Source: Anaerolineae bacterium (GTDB taxonomy: Bacteria > Chloroflexota > Anaerolineae > UBA1429). From it: 64,000 bases of DNA. Positions 19,365 through 28,901 of the stretch are shown one piece after another; position 1 is the stretch's first letter; each line of letters opens with the position of its first letter. The stretch is from NCBI GenBank assembly GCA_050949345.1, contig JBMNFN010000001.1, positions 1,083,000-1,146,999 of the forward strand, in the 5' to 3' direction. Made by a program: the position numbers and the translations under genes. The notes under the pieces were generated by a model. That model did no database searches. It was not told the origin of the DNA and saw only the letters and a program-made list of their open reading frames with translations.

Positions 19365-19706
19365 TTATTCGCCCAAACCTCGCAGCGAGGCGTCACCCTG
19401 CAACAGCTGCGCCGTCAGGCGAGTGTTCTCCTCAATGGCGAGTCCGAGGTACACCAGATCAGCCTGCGCTTGGAAAAAGAGGAACCCGAGGGCGCTGCCG
19501 ATCACGATGCCCAGCCCCATCAGGAGGGCCATGAGCACCCCCCCTGCGCCCTGTGTGGCGGGAACACCCGGAATACTGGCGCGCCCCCCTATGGCCGCAA
19601 CGATCACCATCGCCAGGGCCCCGATGATGCCTCCCACCAGCACGATCCAGGCGATAACCCGAACCAACGACACGATAAACCGCAACGCTCCGTACTTTTT
19701 CTTCAT
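19365..19706 (-). CDS. small membrane protein, unknown function
   Basis: MKKKYGALRF start with a purine-rich SD. Two long hydrophobic G/A/I/V-rich segments, then an amphipathic tail. Confidence 0.5.
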   Translation of the reverse strand: MKKKYGALRFIVSLVRVIAWIVLVGGIIGALAMVIVAAIGGRASIPGVPATQGAGGVLMALLMGLGIVIGSALGFLFFQAQADLVYLGLAIEENTRLTAQLLQGDASLRGLGE

Positions 19707-19814
19707 CCTGCCTCTCCCTGGCCCCTTTATGCTCGAACACCTCTCCCACGTTACTTTTGCCACTATACAAGCGCACAGGGCCCCGGTCAAGGGCTTGGGC
19801 CGGGAGGACTCTCC

Positions 19815-21083
19815 ATGAAGACCGCCGGCGAGCTCTTGCCCATCTCGGTGCTGGCGGACGACCTGACGGGGGCCATGGATACTGGGCTACAGTTTGCTCA
19901 ACGGGGAATCGAGACGGTGGTGCAGCTCCACTCGGACCTTGCCCATGTGGCACCGGTTGTGGCCGTCAGCAGTGAAACCCGCGAGCTGGCTCCCAGCGCT
20001 GCCACCCAACGTCTCCGGCCGCTGATCTCCCTCCTGCGAGGTCGCCGCATCTTTCGGAAAATCGATTCGACCCTGCGAGGCAATGTGGGCTTTGAGTTGC
20101 GGGTTCTGCTGGAGGAGCTGGCGGTGCGTGCTATTGTGGTGTCGCCCGCCTTTCCTCAGGGCGGTCGCATCGTGGAAGATGGGCTGCTGCGGGTAGAGGA
20201 TCGGCCGCTGGACCAGAGTGCCTTTCGCGCCGATCCCCGCTGGCCCATGACCCAATCCGACATCTGCTCCTATTTGATGCAACAATCGGGGACGGAGACT
20301 GGACTGGTGCCTCTGGCTCTGGTTCGGCAGGGACCACAGCAGCTGGCTGGGGCTTTGGAGAGCAAGCGCTGCAGGGTCATCGTGGTAGACGCCGTCACTG
20401 ATGCTGATTTGCGCAACACAGCACAGGCTATCGAGCTGCTCGGGCCTGCTTGGTTGCCCTGCGGCTCAGCGGGACTTGCCCAGGCCTGGGCCCAACTGTT
20501 GCCTGCGAGGTCTGCCACAAAGGTGACCTTTCCAGGGGCGGCGCAGCGCGGCGCACTGGCGGTTGTAGGTACGCGCCATCCCGCTGCCCGCGAACAGGTC
20601 CGCCGAGCCTGCGCCACCGGGATGGCTCGCGTCCCATTGAACAGCGACGCCGTGTTCGAACCGGCCCGCGAGGCGGCGCGCATGGCAGAGGCCGCCCTGC
20701 GACACTTGAACAGCGGCGGGGACGCCGCGCTGGATGCTACGGAGAGCCCCCTCGTGGCGGGGGGCGCGGGCCTTGTGGCCGATACGCTGGCCGAGGCGGT
20801 ACGGCTGCTGATGCAGAGCCGAGCGGTGGCTGGTCTGTTTCTCACCGGCGGCGAGATCGCGGTACGCGTGTGTCAGGCACTGAAGGTGCGCACCCTGCGC
20901 CTGCTGCAGGCAATCGAACCGGGCATCCCGGCGGCGCAACTGTGCGCCCCGCGACTGGAGGATCGTTTTCCCGTGGTGACCAAGGCCGGAGGCTTTGGCA
21001 GCCCGGACGTTCTGATCAAGTCACTCAACTGGCTCCACCGCCCCGAGGTGCTGGAGAACGCATCCACAGACAGGAGTGCATGA
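19815..21083 (+). CDS. four-carbon acid sugar kinase (DUF1537; OtnK/DtnK/YgbK family)
   Basis: ADDLTGAMD N-terminal motif, FRKIDSTLRGN, and C-terminal LTGGEIA...VTKAGGFG, collinear with E. coli YgbK. GGGAGGA SD lies before the ATG at 19815. Confidence 0.85.
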   Translation: MKTAGELLPISVLADDLTGAMDTGLQFAQRGIETVVQLHSDLAHVAPVVAVSSETRELAPSAATQRLRPLISLLRGRRIFRKIDSTLRGNVGFELRVLLEELAVRAIVVSPAFPQGGRIVEDGLLRVEDRPLDQSAFRADPRWPMTQSDICSYLMQQSGTETGLVPLALVRQGPQQLAGALESKRCRVIVVDAVTDADLRNTAQAIELLGPAWLPCGSAGLAQAWAQLLPARSATKVTFPGAAQRGALAVVGTRHPAAREQVRRACATGMARVPLNSDAVFEPAREAARMAEAALRHLNSGGDAALDATESPLVAGGAGLVADTLAEAVRLLMQSRAVAGLFLTGGEIAVRVCQALKVRTLRLLQAIEPGIPAAQLCAPRLEDRFPVVTKAGGFGSPDVLIKSLNWLHRPEVLENASTDRSA

Positions 21084-21084
21084 G

Positions 21085-22092
21085 ATGCAAGACTTGCCCC
21101 TTCTTGGCGTCACCATGGGCGATCCCAGCGGCAGCGGTTCCGAGATCGTCGTCAAGGCCTGGGCCGATCCAGCAGTGCGTTCCAGAGCGCGGATGATCGT
21201 CATCGGTGATGCGGGCTGGATGGAGCAGGCCCTTGCCCTGGTAGGCGTGCCCGGAAAGGTTCACGCCATCAGCGATGTGCGGCAGGCCCGCTACGCCCCG
21301 GACGAGCTGGATGTTCTGCAGGCAACCGCCGTTGATCTCTCTGGCGTAGAGTACGGGCGTGTGCAGGCGGCAGCGGGGCAGGTCGCCTATGACACGGTGA
21401 TCGCCGGCATCGACCTGGCCATGGAGCGCCGCATCGATGCGCTGGTGACATCAGCCATCAACAAGGAGGCGCTCAACCTCGCCGGGCACCATTATGATGG
21501 GCACACTGGCCTTCTCGCCTACCGCACCGGCACGCCCAAGGTGACCATGATGCTCAAGGCGGGAAACTTTTGCGTCTCACACGTAAGCACCCACTGCTCG
21601 TTGCGGGAGGCAATCGACCGGGTCAAGGCCGACAGAATCGTGGACGTGATCCGGCTCACCCAGCGCGGGCTGCAACAGATGGGAGTGGAGCGCCCACGGG
21701 TCGCGGTGGCCGGGCTCAACCCTCATTCTGGCGAGGGGGGACTCTTCGGTGATGAGGAGGTCAGAGAGATCGGTCCCGCCATCGAACGGGCGCGGGCCGA
21801 GGGCATGGAGGTCTATCCGGTGCCCGTTCCGCCCGATACGGTGTTCTACCTGATGGCGGAACAACAACGCTTTGATGCGGTGGTGGCCATGTATCACGAT
21901 CAGGGTCACATACCCACCAAGCTGATCGGGTTTGCCGAGGGGGTGAACATCACATTGGGGCTACCCATCATCCGCACCTCGGTGGACCACGGCACCAACT
22001 TTGGCAAGGCGGGCAAGGGCACCGCCTACGCCACCAGCATGATCTGCGCCATCGACGCCGCGGTTGCACTCGTCACGGGCAAGAGCGCATAG
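21085..22092 (+). CDS. PdxA-family 4-hydroxythreonine-4-phosphate / 4-phospho-tetronate dehydrogenase
   Basis: GDPSGSGSEI, HYDGHTGLL, NPHSGEGG, YHDQGH and TSVDHGT motifs of PdxA/PdxA2. Adjacent to the DUF1537 kinase. Confidence 0.85.
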   Translation: MQDLPLLGVTMGDPSGSGSEIVVKAWADPAVRSRARMIVIGDAGWMEQALALVGVPGKVHAISDVRQARYAPDELDVLQATAVDLSGVEYGRVQAAAGQVAYDTVIAGIDLAMERRIDALVTSAINKEALNLAGHHYDGHTGLLAYRTGTPKVTMMLKAGNFCVSHVSTHCSLREAIDRVKADRIVDVIRLTQRGLQQMGVERPRVAVAGLNPHSGEGGLFGDEEVREIGPAIERARAEGMEVYPVPVPPDTVFYLMAEQQRFDAVVAMYHDQGHIPTKLIGFAEGVNITLGLPIIRTSVDHGTNFGKAGKGTAYATSMICAIDAAVALVTGKSA

Positions 22093-22108
22093 GCCTGGCA
22101 TGAAAAAA

Positions 22109-22135
22109 GGGCCGCATCCACAATGGATGCGGCCC
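22109..22135. terminator. bidirectional intrinsic terminator (PdxA-like gene / rpoD convergent pair)
   Basis: GGGCCGCATCCA-caa-TGGATGCGGCCC, 12-bp stem. It is preceded by AAAAAA, which gives the U-tract for the minus-strand rpoD transcript. Confidence 0.6.
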
Positions 22136-22146
22136 CTCCGGTTCGT

Positions 22147-23250
22147 TTAGCGCAGATAATCGCGCAGCTGGGCGCAGCGGTAAGGGTGCCGCAACCGAGC
22201 CAGTGCCTGGTGCTCGATCTGACGGATGCGCTCCCGCGTGAGGTCAAACTTGGCCCCCACCTCCTCGAGCGTGTGCGCCTTGCCGTCTCGCAAGCCAAAG
22301 CGCAGCTCCAGGATGCGGATTTCGCGGGGACTGAGCGCCGTCATCACCTCTTCCAGCGCTTCGCGCAGCAACTGGCGATGGGTGACATCCGCGGGCGCCG
22401 GAGCGTTATCGTCCTCAATAAAGTCGCCGAACTCGGTGTCGCCGTCATCGCCCACGGGTCTTTCAAGGGACACCGGATAACGGGAAATGCGCATCAGGCG
22501 CTCGATCTTGGTCACACTGAGCCCTGTCTGCTCGGCGATCTCTTCCGGAACCGGTCGGCGCCCCTCTTCCTGCTCAATCTGCTCGATAATGCGGTAGATG
22601 CGCCGAATCTGGTCGCCCGCGTGCACCGGCAGCCTTATCAAGCGGCTCTGCTGCGCCAGCGCACGGGTGATGCCCTGCCGAATCCACCAGGTCGCATAGG
22701 TGCTGAACTTGTAGCCGCGGTGATAGTCAAACTTTTCCACCGCCTTCATCAGGCCGATGTTGCCTTCCTGCACCAGATCCAGCATCGGGACGCCTTGACC
22801 GAGGTATCGCTTGGCGACACTCACCACCAGACGTGTGTTGGCCTCCACCAGGCGCGTGCGTGCCTGCTCACCCAGTCGCACGGTCTCCTCCAGGTCCTCC
22901 CGTTGCGCCGGGTTCAGCCGATTGGACTGGAGTTTTTTGCAGGCAGCCACACCGGCTTCGATGCGCTTGGCCAGTAGAACCTCTTCCTCAGCAGTCAGCA
23001 GCGCCACCTGCCCCATCTGCTTGAGATACAGACTCACCGTGTCATCTGCAGGGATATTCTCGATGTCGACACGGGTGCGCTTGCGCAACAGCTGCTCTTC
23101 CAACAGGTCCCGAACGGGCTCTGGCTCTTCTCCATCGTCCTCCAGCTCGACCACTTCCATCTCGAGCTCTTCGTCCAGATCCTCGTCCACGTCGACAGCT
23201 TCGACTTGGTCTTCAGCCTCGGTCTGAAAATCGTTTTCCAGCAATGCCAC
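22147..23250 (-). CDS. rpoD: primary RNA polymerase sigma factor (sigma70/SigA)
   Basis: Highly acidic region 1.1, YLKQMGQVALLTAEEE, region 2 (DLVQEGNIGLMKAVEKFDY..G.KFSTYATWWIRQ) and region 4 (TLEEVG..F.LTRERIRQIE). Confidence 0.95.
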   Translation of the reverse strand: MALLENDFQTEAEDQVEAVDVDEDLDEELEMEVVELEDDGEEPEPVRDLLEEQLLRKRTRVDIENIPADDTVSLYLKQMGQVALLTAEEEVLLAKRIEAGVAACKKLQSNRLNPAQREDLEETVRLGEQARTRLVEANTRLVVSVAKRYLGQGVPMLDLVQEGNIGLMKAVEKFDYHRGYKFSTYATWWIRQGITRALAQQSRLIRLPVHAGDQIRRIYRIIEQIEQEEGRRPVPEEIAEQTGLSVTKIERLMRISRYPVSLERPVGDDGDTEFGDFIEDDNAPAPADVTHRQLLREALEEVMTALSPREIRILELRFGLRDGKAHTLEEVGAKFDLTRERIRQIEHQALARLRHPYRCAQLRDYLR

Positions 23251-23360
23251 TTGGACTCCCTCGTCATATTACTGGGCGGGCGCCCGCGCTGCGCTCGCTC
23301 AAGCAAATCTCGCGGCAACGGTTACCTGATGTACCTCCTTACATTGAGATGATCGTGTAC

Positions 23361-23415
23361 AAAAAAAGACCCGGCGCTGAAGGCCCCCGCCTGTCGACGA
23401 GGGTTCATTGCCGGG
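23361..23415 (-). terminator. possible terminator of the CoA operon (branched GC hairpin + U7)
   Basis: Minus strand CCCGGC...GCCGGG enclosing CCCUCG/CGGGGG, followed by UCUUUUUUU (plus-strand A7 at 23361..23367), about 110 nt after the P1 peptidase stop. Confidence 0.4.
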
Positions 23416-23521
23416 TTGTTCTCTTGCACTAGAACACCAGTCGTTCACGCCACCATCCCTGGGACGATCATTAACCATCAGTATAGCGTCAAAGCAGGCT
23501 TGGGTCAACTGGCGCCCGCTG

Positions 23522-24493
23522 CTATCCGTCATTATGCTGATAGTCACGGGCCGCCGGGAATCCGGCTACGGCTTGAGCCTCCAGCACAGCATTGGCCACC
23601 GCACGCTCCACCGCTGCCGTGGCCAAGGCATCGATCATTACGGGGTTTGCCGTGGCTGACCCTACCGAGAGCGCAAAGAGCGTGTCTCCATCGTAAAGGG
23701 TGTGCGCAGGCTGAATGGCTCGAGCCAGTCCGTCATGACCGGCATGCGCCAGGCGCGTTGCCGCCGGACCATCGAGCGAGGCATTGGTGGCCAGCACGCC
23801 GATCACCGTGTTCCCTGGCGAAGCCTTTGGCCCGCCGTCCACAGAGGCGAGCACCCGGGCCCAGCCAGCACCATCCGGCCCACGTGCGCCCGCGAGTACC
23901 TGTCCCGTCTCCGGGTCCGAGATATTTCCCAGGGCATTCACCGCAATCAGAGCGGCCACAACCACCCCCTCCTGCTGCAGGCTCGCCATGCCCAGTCCGC
24001 CCTTCATGGCCCAGTGCGGACCGGCAAACTTGCCCACCGTGGCCCCGGTGCCGGCCCCCACGTTGCCCTGCAGTACCGCGTGCGCGGAGGCGGCCTGCGC
24101 CGCCTCATACCCCATGGCGGCAGTGGGCCGCACGAGAGCATCGCCCACGTTGAGGTCGAACAACACCGCGGCGGGCACAATGGGCACCCTCGCCACTCCT
24201 GTGTCGTAGCCGACACCATGTTCCTCCAGATAGCGCATCACACCATCGGCGGCGGCCAGGCCAAAGGCGCTGCCACCAGTCAACAGTATGGCGTGCACAC
24301 GCCCCACCAGCATCCCCGGCTGCAGAAGGGCGGTCTCACGGGTGCCCGGCGCATAACCACGCACCACGCCTCCCGCTACAGCACCTTCTGCTGGACAGAG
24401 TATGGCGCTACAACCCGTGAGGCTGTGCTCATCCTGGGCATGCCCCACACGGATGCCGGTTACATCGGTCAGGCTGCCTGGATACCTAGCCAT
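23522..24493 (-). CDS. P1 (S58, DmpA/BapA-like) Ntn-hydrolase aminopeptidase
   Basis: LTDVTGIRVGH, NVGAGTGA and GNTVIGVLATNA motifs of DmpA-family self-processing peptidases. ATG at 24493 overlaps the coaBC stop by 8 nt. Confidence 0.8.
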   Translation of the reverse strand: MARYPGSLTDVTGIRVGHAQDEHSLTGCSAILCPAEGAVAGGVVRGYAPGTRETALLQPGMLVGRVHAILLTGGSAFGLAAADGVMRYLEEHGVGYDTGVARVPIVPAAVLFDLNVGDALVRPTAAMGYEAAQAASAHAVLQGNVGAGTGATVGKFAGPHWAMKGGLGMASLQQEGVVVAALIAVNALGNISDPETGQVLAGARGPDGAGWARVLASVDGGPKASPGNTVIGVLATNASLDGPAATRLAHAGHDGLARAIQPAHTLYDGDTLFALSVGSATANPVMIDALATAAVERAVANAVLEAQAVAGFPAARDYQHNDG

Positions 24494-25703
24494 AGCGCTC
24501 GCTCCACATGCGCTGAACACGCAGCCAGATCTGCTCCGCAACCTGGAATTTGGACATGAGAGGCAAGGCCTCTGGCTCCGCCCCCTGCGACAGCAACACC
24601 ACCCGATTGGTCGCCACGTCAAAGCCGGCGTCCGCGGCGGAAACATCGTTGGCCACCAGGAGGTCCAGACGCTTGGCCGACAACTTTTCCGAGGCGTTGG
24701 CGAGAAGGTTGCTGGTCTCTGCTGCAAAGCCCACTACCATGCGGGGACGCTGCCCCTCTGGCAGGCTCGCCACCGACCGCAGGATGTCCTCCGTACGCTC
24801 CAATTCCAGGAACAGCTCCTCATCCGCTTTCTTGATCTTGTCCATGGCAGTAACCGCAGGGCGATAGTCCGCCACTGCCGCGGCCATCATCAGAATGTCG
24901 ATTTGTCCCGTGCGAGCCAGTACCGCCCGCGCCATTTCCCCAGCAGTGCGGACCGCCACGTGCTCTATTCCCGGAATACGGGGCAGACCTGTTGGTGCAC
25001 TGATGAGAGTCACCGTTGCCCCGGCATCGCGAGCCGCCTCGGCCAGCGCATAGCCCATCCTGCCAGAGGAGCGGTTGGTCAGATGGCGCACCGGATCCAG
25101 AGGCTCCTGCGTCCCGCCGGCCGTCACCAGAATACGGCGCCCAGCCAAAGGACCCTGCCGCCCCAAAGTTTGCCTGACAGCGCCAAGCACCACCTCGGTG
25201 GAGGGCAGGCGCCCCCGCCCCATGCGCCCCGAAGCGAGCCGCCCTTGGTCCGGTTCGATGATCACAGCCCCCCGCGCCGCCAGCGTGGCCACATTCGCCT
25301 GCGTGGCGGGATGTGCCCACATGTCGGCATCCATCGCCGGAGCGAGAACCAGCGGCGCCACACTGGCCAAAACCGTGGTGGTCAGCAGGTTGTCGGCGAG
25401 CCCCTGCGCCAGCTTGGCAATGGTATTGGCCGTTGCCGGGGCAATCACGATCAGATCCGCCTTTTTTGCGAGCGAGATGTGCGCCATGTCCGTACTGTCC
25501 AGCAACTTGAACAGATCGTTGGAGACAGGTCGCCGCGTGAGCGTCTGAAAGGTCAGGGGCGTCATGAACGCCAGGGCCGCCTCAGTCATGATGACGTCCA
25601 CCGAGGCGCCAGCCTGGACCAACTTGCTGCAGATATCCGCGGCCTTGTACACGGCAATGCCGCCCGTGACCCCTAATACAATATGCTTGCCCTGTAGAAT
25701 CAT
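24486..25703 (-). CDS. coaBC: bifunctional phosphopantothenoylcysteine decarboxylase / phosphopantothenate-cysteine ligase
   Basis: KHIVLGVTGGIAVYKA flavoprotein N-domain and a CoaB-like C-domain (ITAGGTQEPLDPVR..TN.SSG.MG). ATGA overlap with coaX. Confidence 0.95.
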   Translation of the reverse strand: MILQGKHIVLGVTGGIAVYKAADICSKLVQAGASVDVIMTEAALAFMTPLTFQTLTRRPVSNDLFKLLDSTDMAHISLAKKADLIVIAPATANTIAKLAQGLADNLLTTTVLASVAPLVLAPAMDADMWAHPATQANVATLAARGAVIIEPDQGRLASGRMGRGRLPSTEVVLGAVRQTLGRQGPLAGRRILVTAGGTQEPLDPVRHLTNRSSGRMGYALAEAARDAGATVTLISAPTGLPRIPGIEHVAVRTAGEMARAVLARTGQIDILMMAAAVADYRPAVTAMDKIKKADEELFLELERTEDILRSVASLPEGQRPRMVVGFAAETSNLLANASEKLSAKRLDLLVANDVSAADAGFDVATNRVVLLSQGAEPEALPLMSKFQVAEQIWLRVQRMWSERYG

Positions 25704-26473
25704 CCTGCACCTCGGTTCAGGTCGTAAACCAGCCTCAAACCCCGCAGCGTGAGCCAGGGGTCGACGTGTTCGATGACCGACGTCTCTCGAGCGATCACTT
25801 CCCCCAGGCCTCCGGTGGCGATGACGTGCATGTGGGGGCCCAGCTCGGCGCGGAAGCGCGCCACCAAACCCTCCACCAAGCCAACGTATCCAAAAAGGAT
25901 GCCTGAACGCATGGCATCCACAGTGTTGGTTCCAATGGCCTTGGGCGGACGCTGCAGGTCGATCCTGGGCAACTTGGCCGTGCGCTGAAAAAGCGCCTCC
26001 GCCGCGATACGGATGCCCGGGGCGATGGCGCCGCCGAGATACTCGCCGGTGGCCGACAGGGCATCAAAGGTGGTGCCGGTGCCAAAGTCTACGATGCAGG
26101 CAGGTCCACCATACTCACGAAAGGCAGCCGCCACATTGATGATGCGGTCCGCACCCACTTCCTGGGGCCGATCGTAGCGGATGGCCACCCCGGTGCGCGT
26201 GCCAGTGCCAACCACCAGCGGATCCTTCTCCAAATAGTTCACCACGAGCTCCTGGAAGCGCTCCGTGAGCGGCGGGACCACACTTGCGATGATGCAGTCA
26301 CTCACCTCATCCATGCCAAAGCCGCCGTGCTGAAAGAGGTTGAGCACGATGATGGCATATTCGTCGGCGGTCCGCTCGTGCACCGTCGAGATACGCCAAT
26401 GCGCCACAAGGTGCTCCCCGCGATAGAGCCCGATAACGATGTTGGTGTTGCCGATATCCACACAAAGCAGCAT
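25700..26473 (-). CDS. coaX: type III pantothenate kinase
   Basis: MLLCVDIGNTN start, GADR and DFGTGTT motifs of CoaX. GGGAGG SD 5 nt upstream of the ATG. Confidence 0.95.
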   Translation of the reverse strand: MLLCVDIGNTNIVIGLYRGEHLVAHWRISTVHERTADEYAIIVLNLFQHGGFGMDEVSDCIIASVVPPLTERFQELVVNYLEKDPLVVGTGTRTGVAIRYDRPQEVGADRIINVAAAFREYGGPACIVDFGTGTTFDALSATGEYLGGAIAPGIRIAAEALFQRTAKLPRIDLQRPPKAIGTNTVDAMRSGILFGYVGLVEGLVARFRAELGPHMHVIATGGLGEVIARETSVIEHVDPWLTLRGLRLVYDLNRGAG

Positions 26474-26501
26474 GGTGACCTCCCTGTATCAGCGGCTCCC
26501 T

Positions 26502-27206
26502 CTACAGCCGCGAGCCGCGACGGCGACCCACCTGGCGCACTGACGCGACCACGGCCACGACGATGATGGCCGAGATCACGGCCTCTGGAATGCCCTGCAT
26601 CAACCCGATGCTCACCGCCACGGGGGCCGTTACGCCCGCCACCTGACGCCACACTGCGGCGGCGAGCACGAGCACCGTGTTGGTGAGCGAGCCGGCAACG
26701 CCAGCAGCGGCGAGCCCCACCACCTGCGTGTCTCCGCGGAAAAGCCAGAGCCCCCCTGCCAGTACCCCTCCCACCGCCAGCACTGCGATGGCGATGCCCA
26801 GCCAGAGGTACACCTCGCTGACTACTTTTGCTGCCCAGAGAACCGCCGCCAGCAGCACGAATAGAATCGCCAGCAGGGCGGCCTTGTTTGCCTTGCGCAG
26901 CCCCAGGTACACCAGCGCTGCCACCACGCCAATCGCCAGACGAGGCACGATAATGACCAGGGGATCCTTGACCGGTACCAGTGGGCTCAAGAAGGCCGCA
27001 AAGCCAAAACCCAGGGACACGATCAAACCGACCAGGGGCCCTTCAAGGATCCCCCCGATGATGGAGGGGATATGGGCAATCGTTGCGGAACCTGCCGGCG
27101 TGGGCACGGGGATAAAGCCAACGGGCGTCAGGGCCAACAAGAGCGTCACAGCCAGCAGGAGGCCAGCGGTCACAACCCGACGGATTCCACGTTCCTGAGC
27201 GTCCAT
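26502..27206 (-). CDS. ECF transporter S (substrate-binding) component; PanT-like by context only
   Basis: About six TM helices and the GFIPVP..GSATIAHIPSIIGGILEGP motif typical of ECF S components. AAGGAGGG SD before the ATG at 27206. Substrate is inferred only from linkage to coaX/coaBC. Confidence 0.7.
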   Translation of the reverse strand: MDAQERGIRRVVTAGLLLAVTLLLALTPVGFIPVPTPAGSATIAHIPSIIGGILEGPLVGLIVSLGFGFAAFLSPLVPVKDPLVIIVPRLAIGVVAALVYLGLRKANKAALLAILFVLLAAVLWAAKVVSEVYLWLGIAIAVLAVGGVLAGGLWLFRGDTQVVGLAAAGVAGSLTNTVLVLAAAVWRQVAGVTAPVAVSIGLMQGIPEAVISAIIVVAVVASVRQVGRRRGSRL

Positions 27207-27228
27207 AAACACCCTCCTTCTCTGAAAA

Positions 27229-28065
27229 CTAGAATGCCAGAGCAAAGGCCAGCACCGCGGCCGCCAGCCCCAGGGCCACCCAATCGGTGCCGCCCATGCG
27301 AGCGTGTCGGTAGTAGGTTCTTCCCCTGCCTCCGCGATAACAGCGTGCCAGCATCGCCGTGGTCAGATCGTCCACACGTCGAAACGCGTCCGCAAAGAGG
27401 GGCACGATCAGTGCCGCTGTGCGACGGGCGTTGCGGGCCACCTGCCAGCGCGAGAGTCTGTCTGCCCCCAGGGTTCGCGCAAGCTGTGCCCGCTGCACTG
27501 CCTCCAGCCCCTCTGCCAGGATGGGCATAAAGCGCAGGGCGATGGAACCAACCATAGCCAGCTGGTGACCGGGCAGCCCGAGGCGGTTCAAAGGGCGAAG
27601 CAGCATTTCAAGCCCTGTGACCAGGGCACTTATAGTGGTGGTGGCCAGCAGCAGGGCTGCCAATAGCACCAACGAGACCAGGCGGGCAACAGACAGCCCG
27701 GCTCCGATGAGCCTGGCCAGCGAAACATGTATGGGCCCCCACGAGAGCAGCGGAATTCCGGCTCCACCCAGTCCTGCTGGCTCGCCACCCAGAACGACCT
27801 GAAAGAGCCCGAGCACGAGCAACAAGGGCAACACCGGGCGCAAAGCGGCAAGGATCGCTGCCCTGGGCAGACGGGCCACCATGTAAAGCGAAACTATGCC
27901 CGCGAAAAGCATCAGCACCAGCCAGGGTGACGAGGCGACCACGGTGGCAGCCGTGATCAACCCACCGGCCACCAACTTGCTGCGAGGATCCATCAAGTGA
28001 AGGATGGAATCGGTGCGCCAATAGCGTCCCAGCCGAACAGACCTCAGCGACGCAGCTTCTGCCAC
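27229..28065 (-). CDS. ecfT: ECF transporter T (transmembrane) component
   Basis: LHLMDPRSKL start region, multiple TM helices and ARxxR-type coupling motifs (LARTLGADR, AFRRVDD). Overlaps the ecfA2 stop. Confidence 0.85.
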   Translation of the reverse strand: MAEAASLRSVRLGRYWRTDSILHLMDPRSKLVAGGLITAATVVASSPWLVLMLFAGIVSLYMVARLPRAAILAALRPVLPLLLVLGLFQVVLGGEPAGLGGAGIPLLSWGPIHVSLARLIGAGLSVARLVSLVLLAALLLATTTISALVTGLEMLLRPLNRLGLPGHQLAMVGSIALRFMPILAEGLEAVQRAQLARTLGADRLSRWQVARNARRTAALIVPLFADAFRRVDDLTTAMLARCYRGGRGRTYYRHARMGGTDWVALGLAAAVLAFALAF

Positions 28066-28901
28066 AGCGCCTCCTCCAGATCGCTCGCCGTCAGCACGTC
28101 GCCCGGAAGGCTCACACCGTGGGCACTAATTTCCTCAGCAACCGCCGCAGCGTGGGTGGGTGCCAGGCCGGCCGCCAGCAGCATCTCCCGGTCTGCCAGG
28201 ACGGTGCGCACGGGACCACTGGCAACGGTCCGGCCCTGTGAGAGAATGGTGACGCTGTCAGCCAGCTCTGCCACCTGATCGAGATCATTGGAGACCATCA
28301 GGATGGTTGTACCGTTGGCGCGGAGCGTTCGGATCAGCTCGTGGATTTTCTGACGCCCGGCGGGGTCCAGCCCGGCCGTGGCCTCATCCAGTACCAGTAC
28401 CTCTGGTTGCATGGCCAGCACTCCGGCCAGCGCGACTCGTCGCATTTCGCCACCGCTCAGCGAAAAGGTGCGCCGGTCCACATACTCTTCCCCCAGCCCC
28501 ACCAGGGACATGGCGTTCAACACGCGTGACCTGAGTTCAGGGCGCGACAAGCCCAGCTGACGGGGACCATAGGCGACGTCGTCACCCACGAAACGTTCGA
28601 ACAGTTGCAGTTGCGGATATTGCAGAACGAGGCCCACGCGGGCACGCAGCGCGCCCAGGTCGGCGGCGGGATCGCCAGTGTCGCAGCCCAGCACCAGTGC
28701 CTGCCCCGTGCGGCGGGGCCGGTGCAGCCCATTGGCAAAGGCCACCAGGGTGGATTTCCCCGCTCCGCTGGGGCCGATCAGGGCAGACACCTCGCCCTGC
28801 CGCACACAGAGCGAAGCGTCCTGCAGAGCGAGTTGCGCATCCAGCGTGCCCGAGCCAAAAGTCCAGGCGAGATGCTCGAAACGGATCACATCGGCGGTCA
28901 T
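28044..28901 (-). CDS. ecfA2: ECF transporter ATPase
   Basis: Walker A GPSGAGKST, signature LSGGEMRRV, Walker B LVLDEATAGLD. ATGA overlap with ecfA1. Confidence 0.9.
   Translation of the reverse strand: MTADVIRFEHLAWTFGSGTLDAQLALQDASLCVRQGEVSALIGPSGAGKSTLVAFANGLHRPRRTGQALVLGCDTGDPAADLGALRARVGLVLQYPQLQLFERFVGDDVAYGPRQLGLSRPELRSRVLNAMSLVGLGEEYVDRRTFSLSGGEMRRVALAGVLAMQPEVLVLDEATAGLDPAGRQKIHELIRTLRANGTTILMVSNDLDQVAELADSVTILSQGRTVASGPVRTVLADREMLLAAGLAPTHAAAVAEEISAHGVSLPGDVLTASDLEEALWQKLRR

Noticed and set aside
23251-23360. Promoter for rpoD
   Set aside because: A TAATAT hexamer is present, but no acceptable -35 lies at 16-18 nt. I could not define a convincing promoter by eye.
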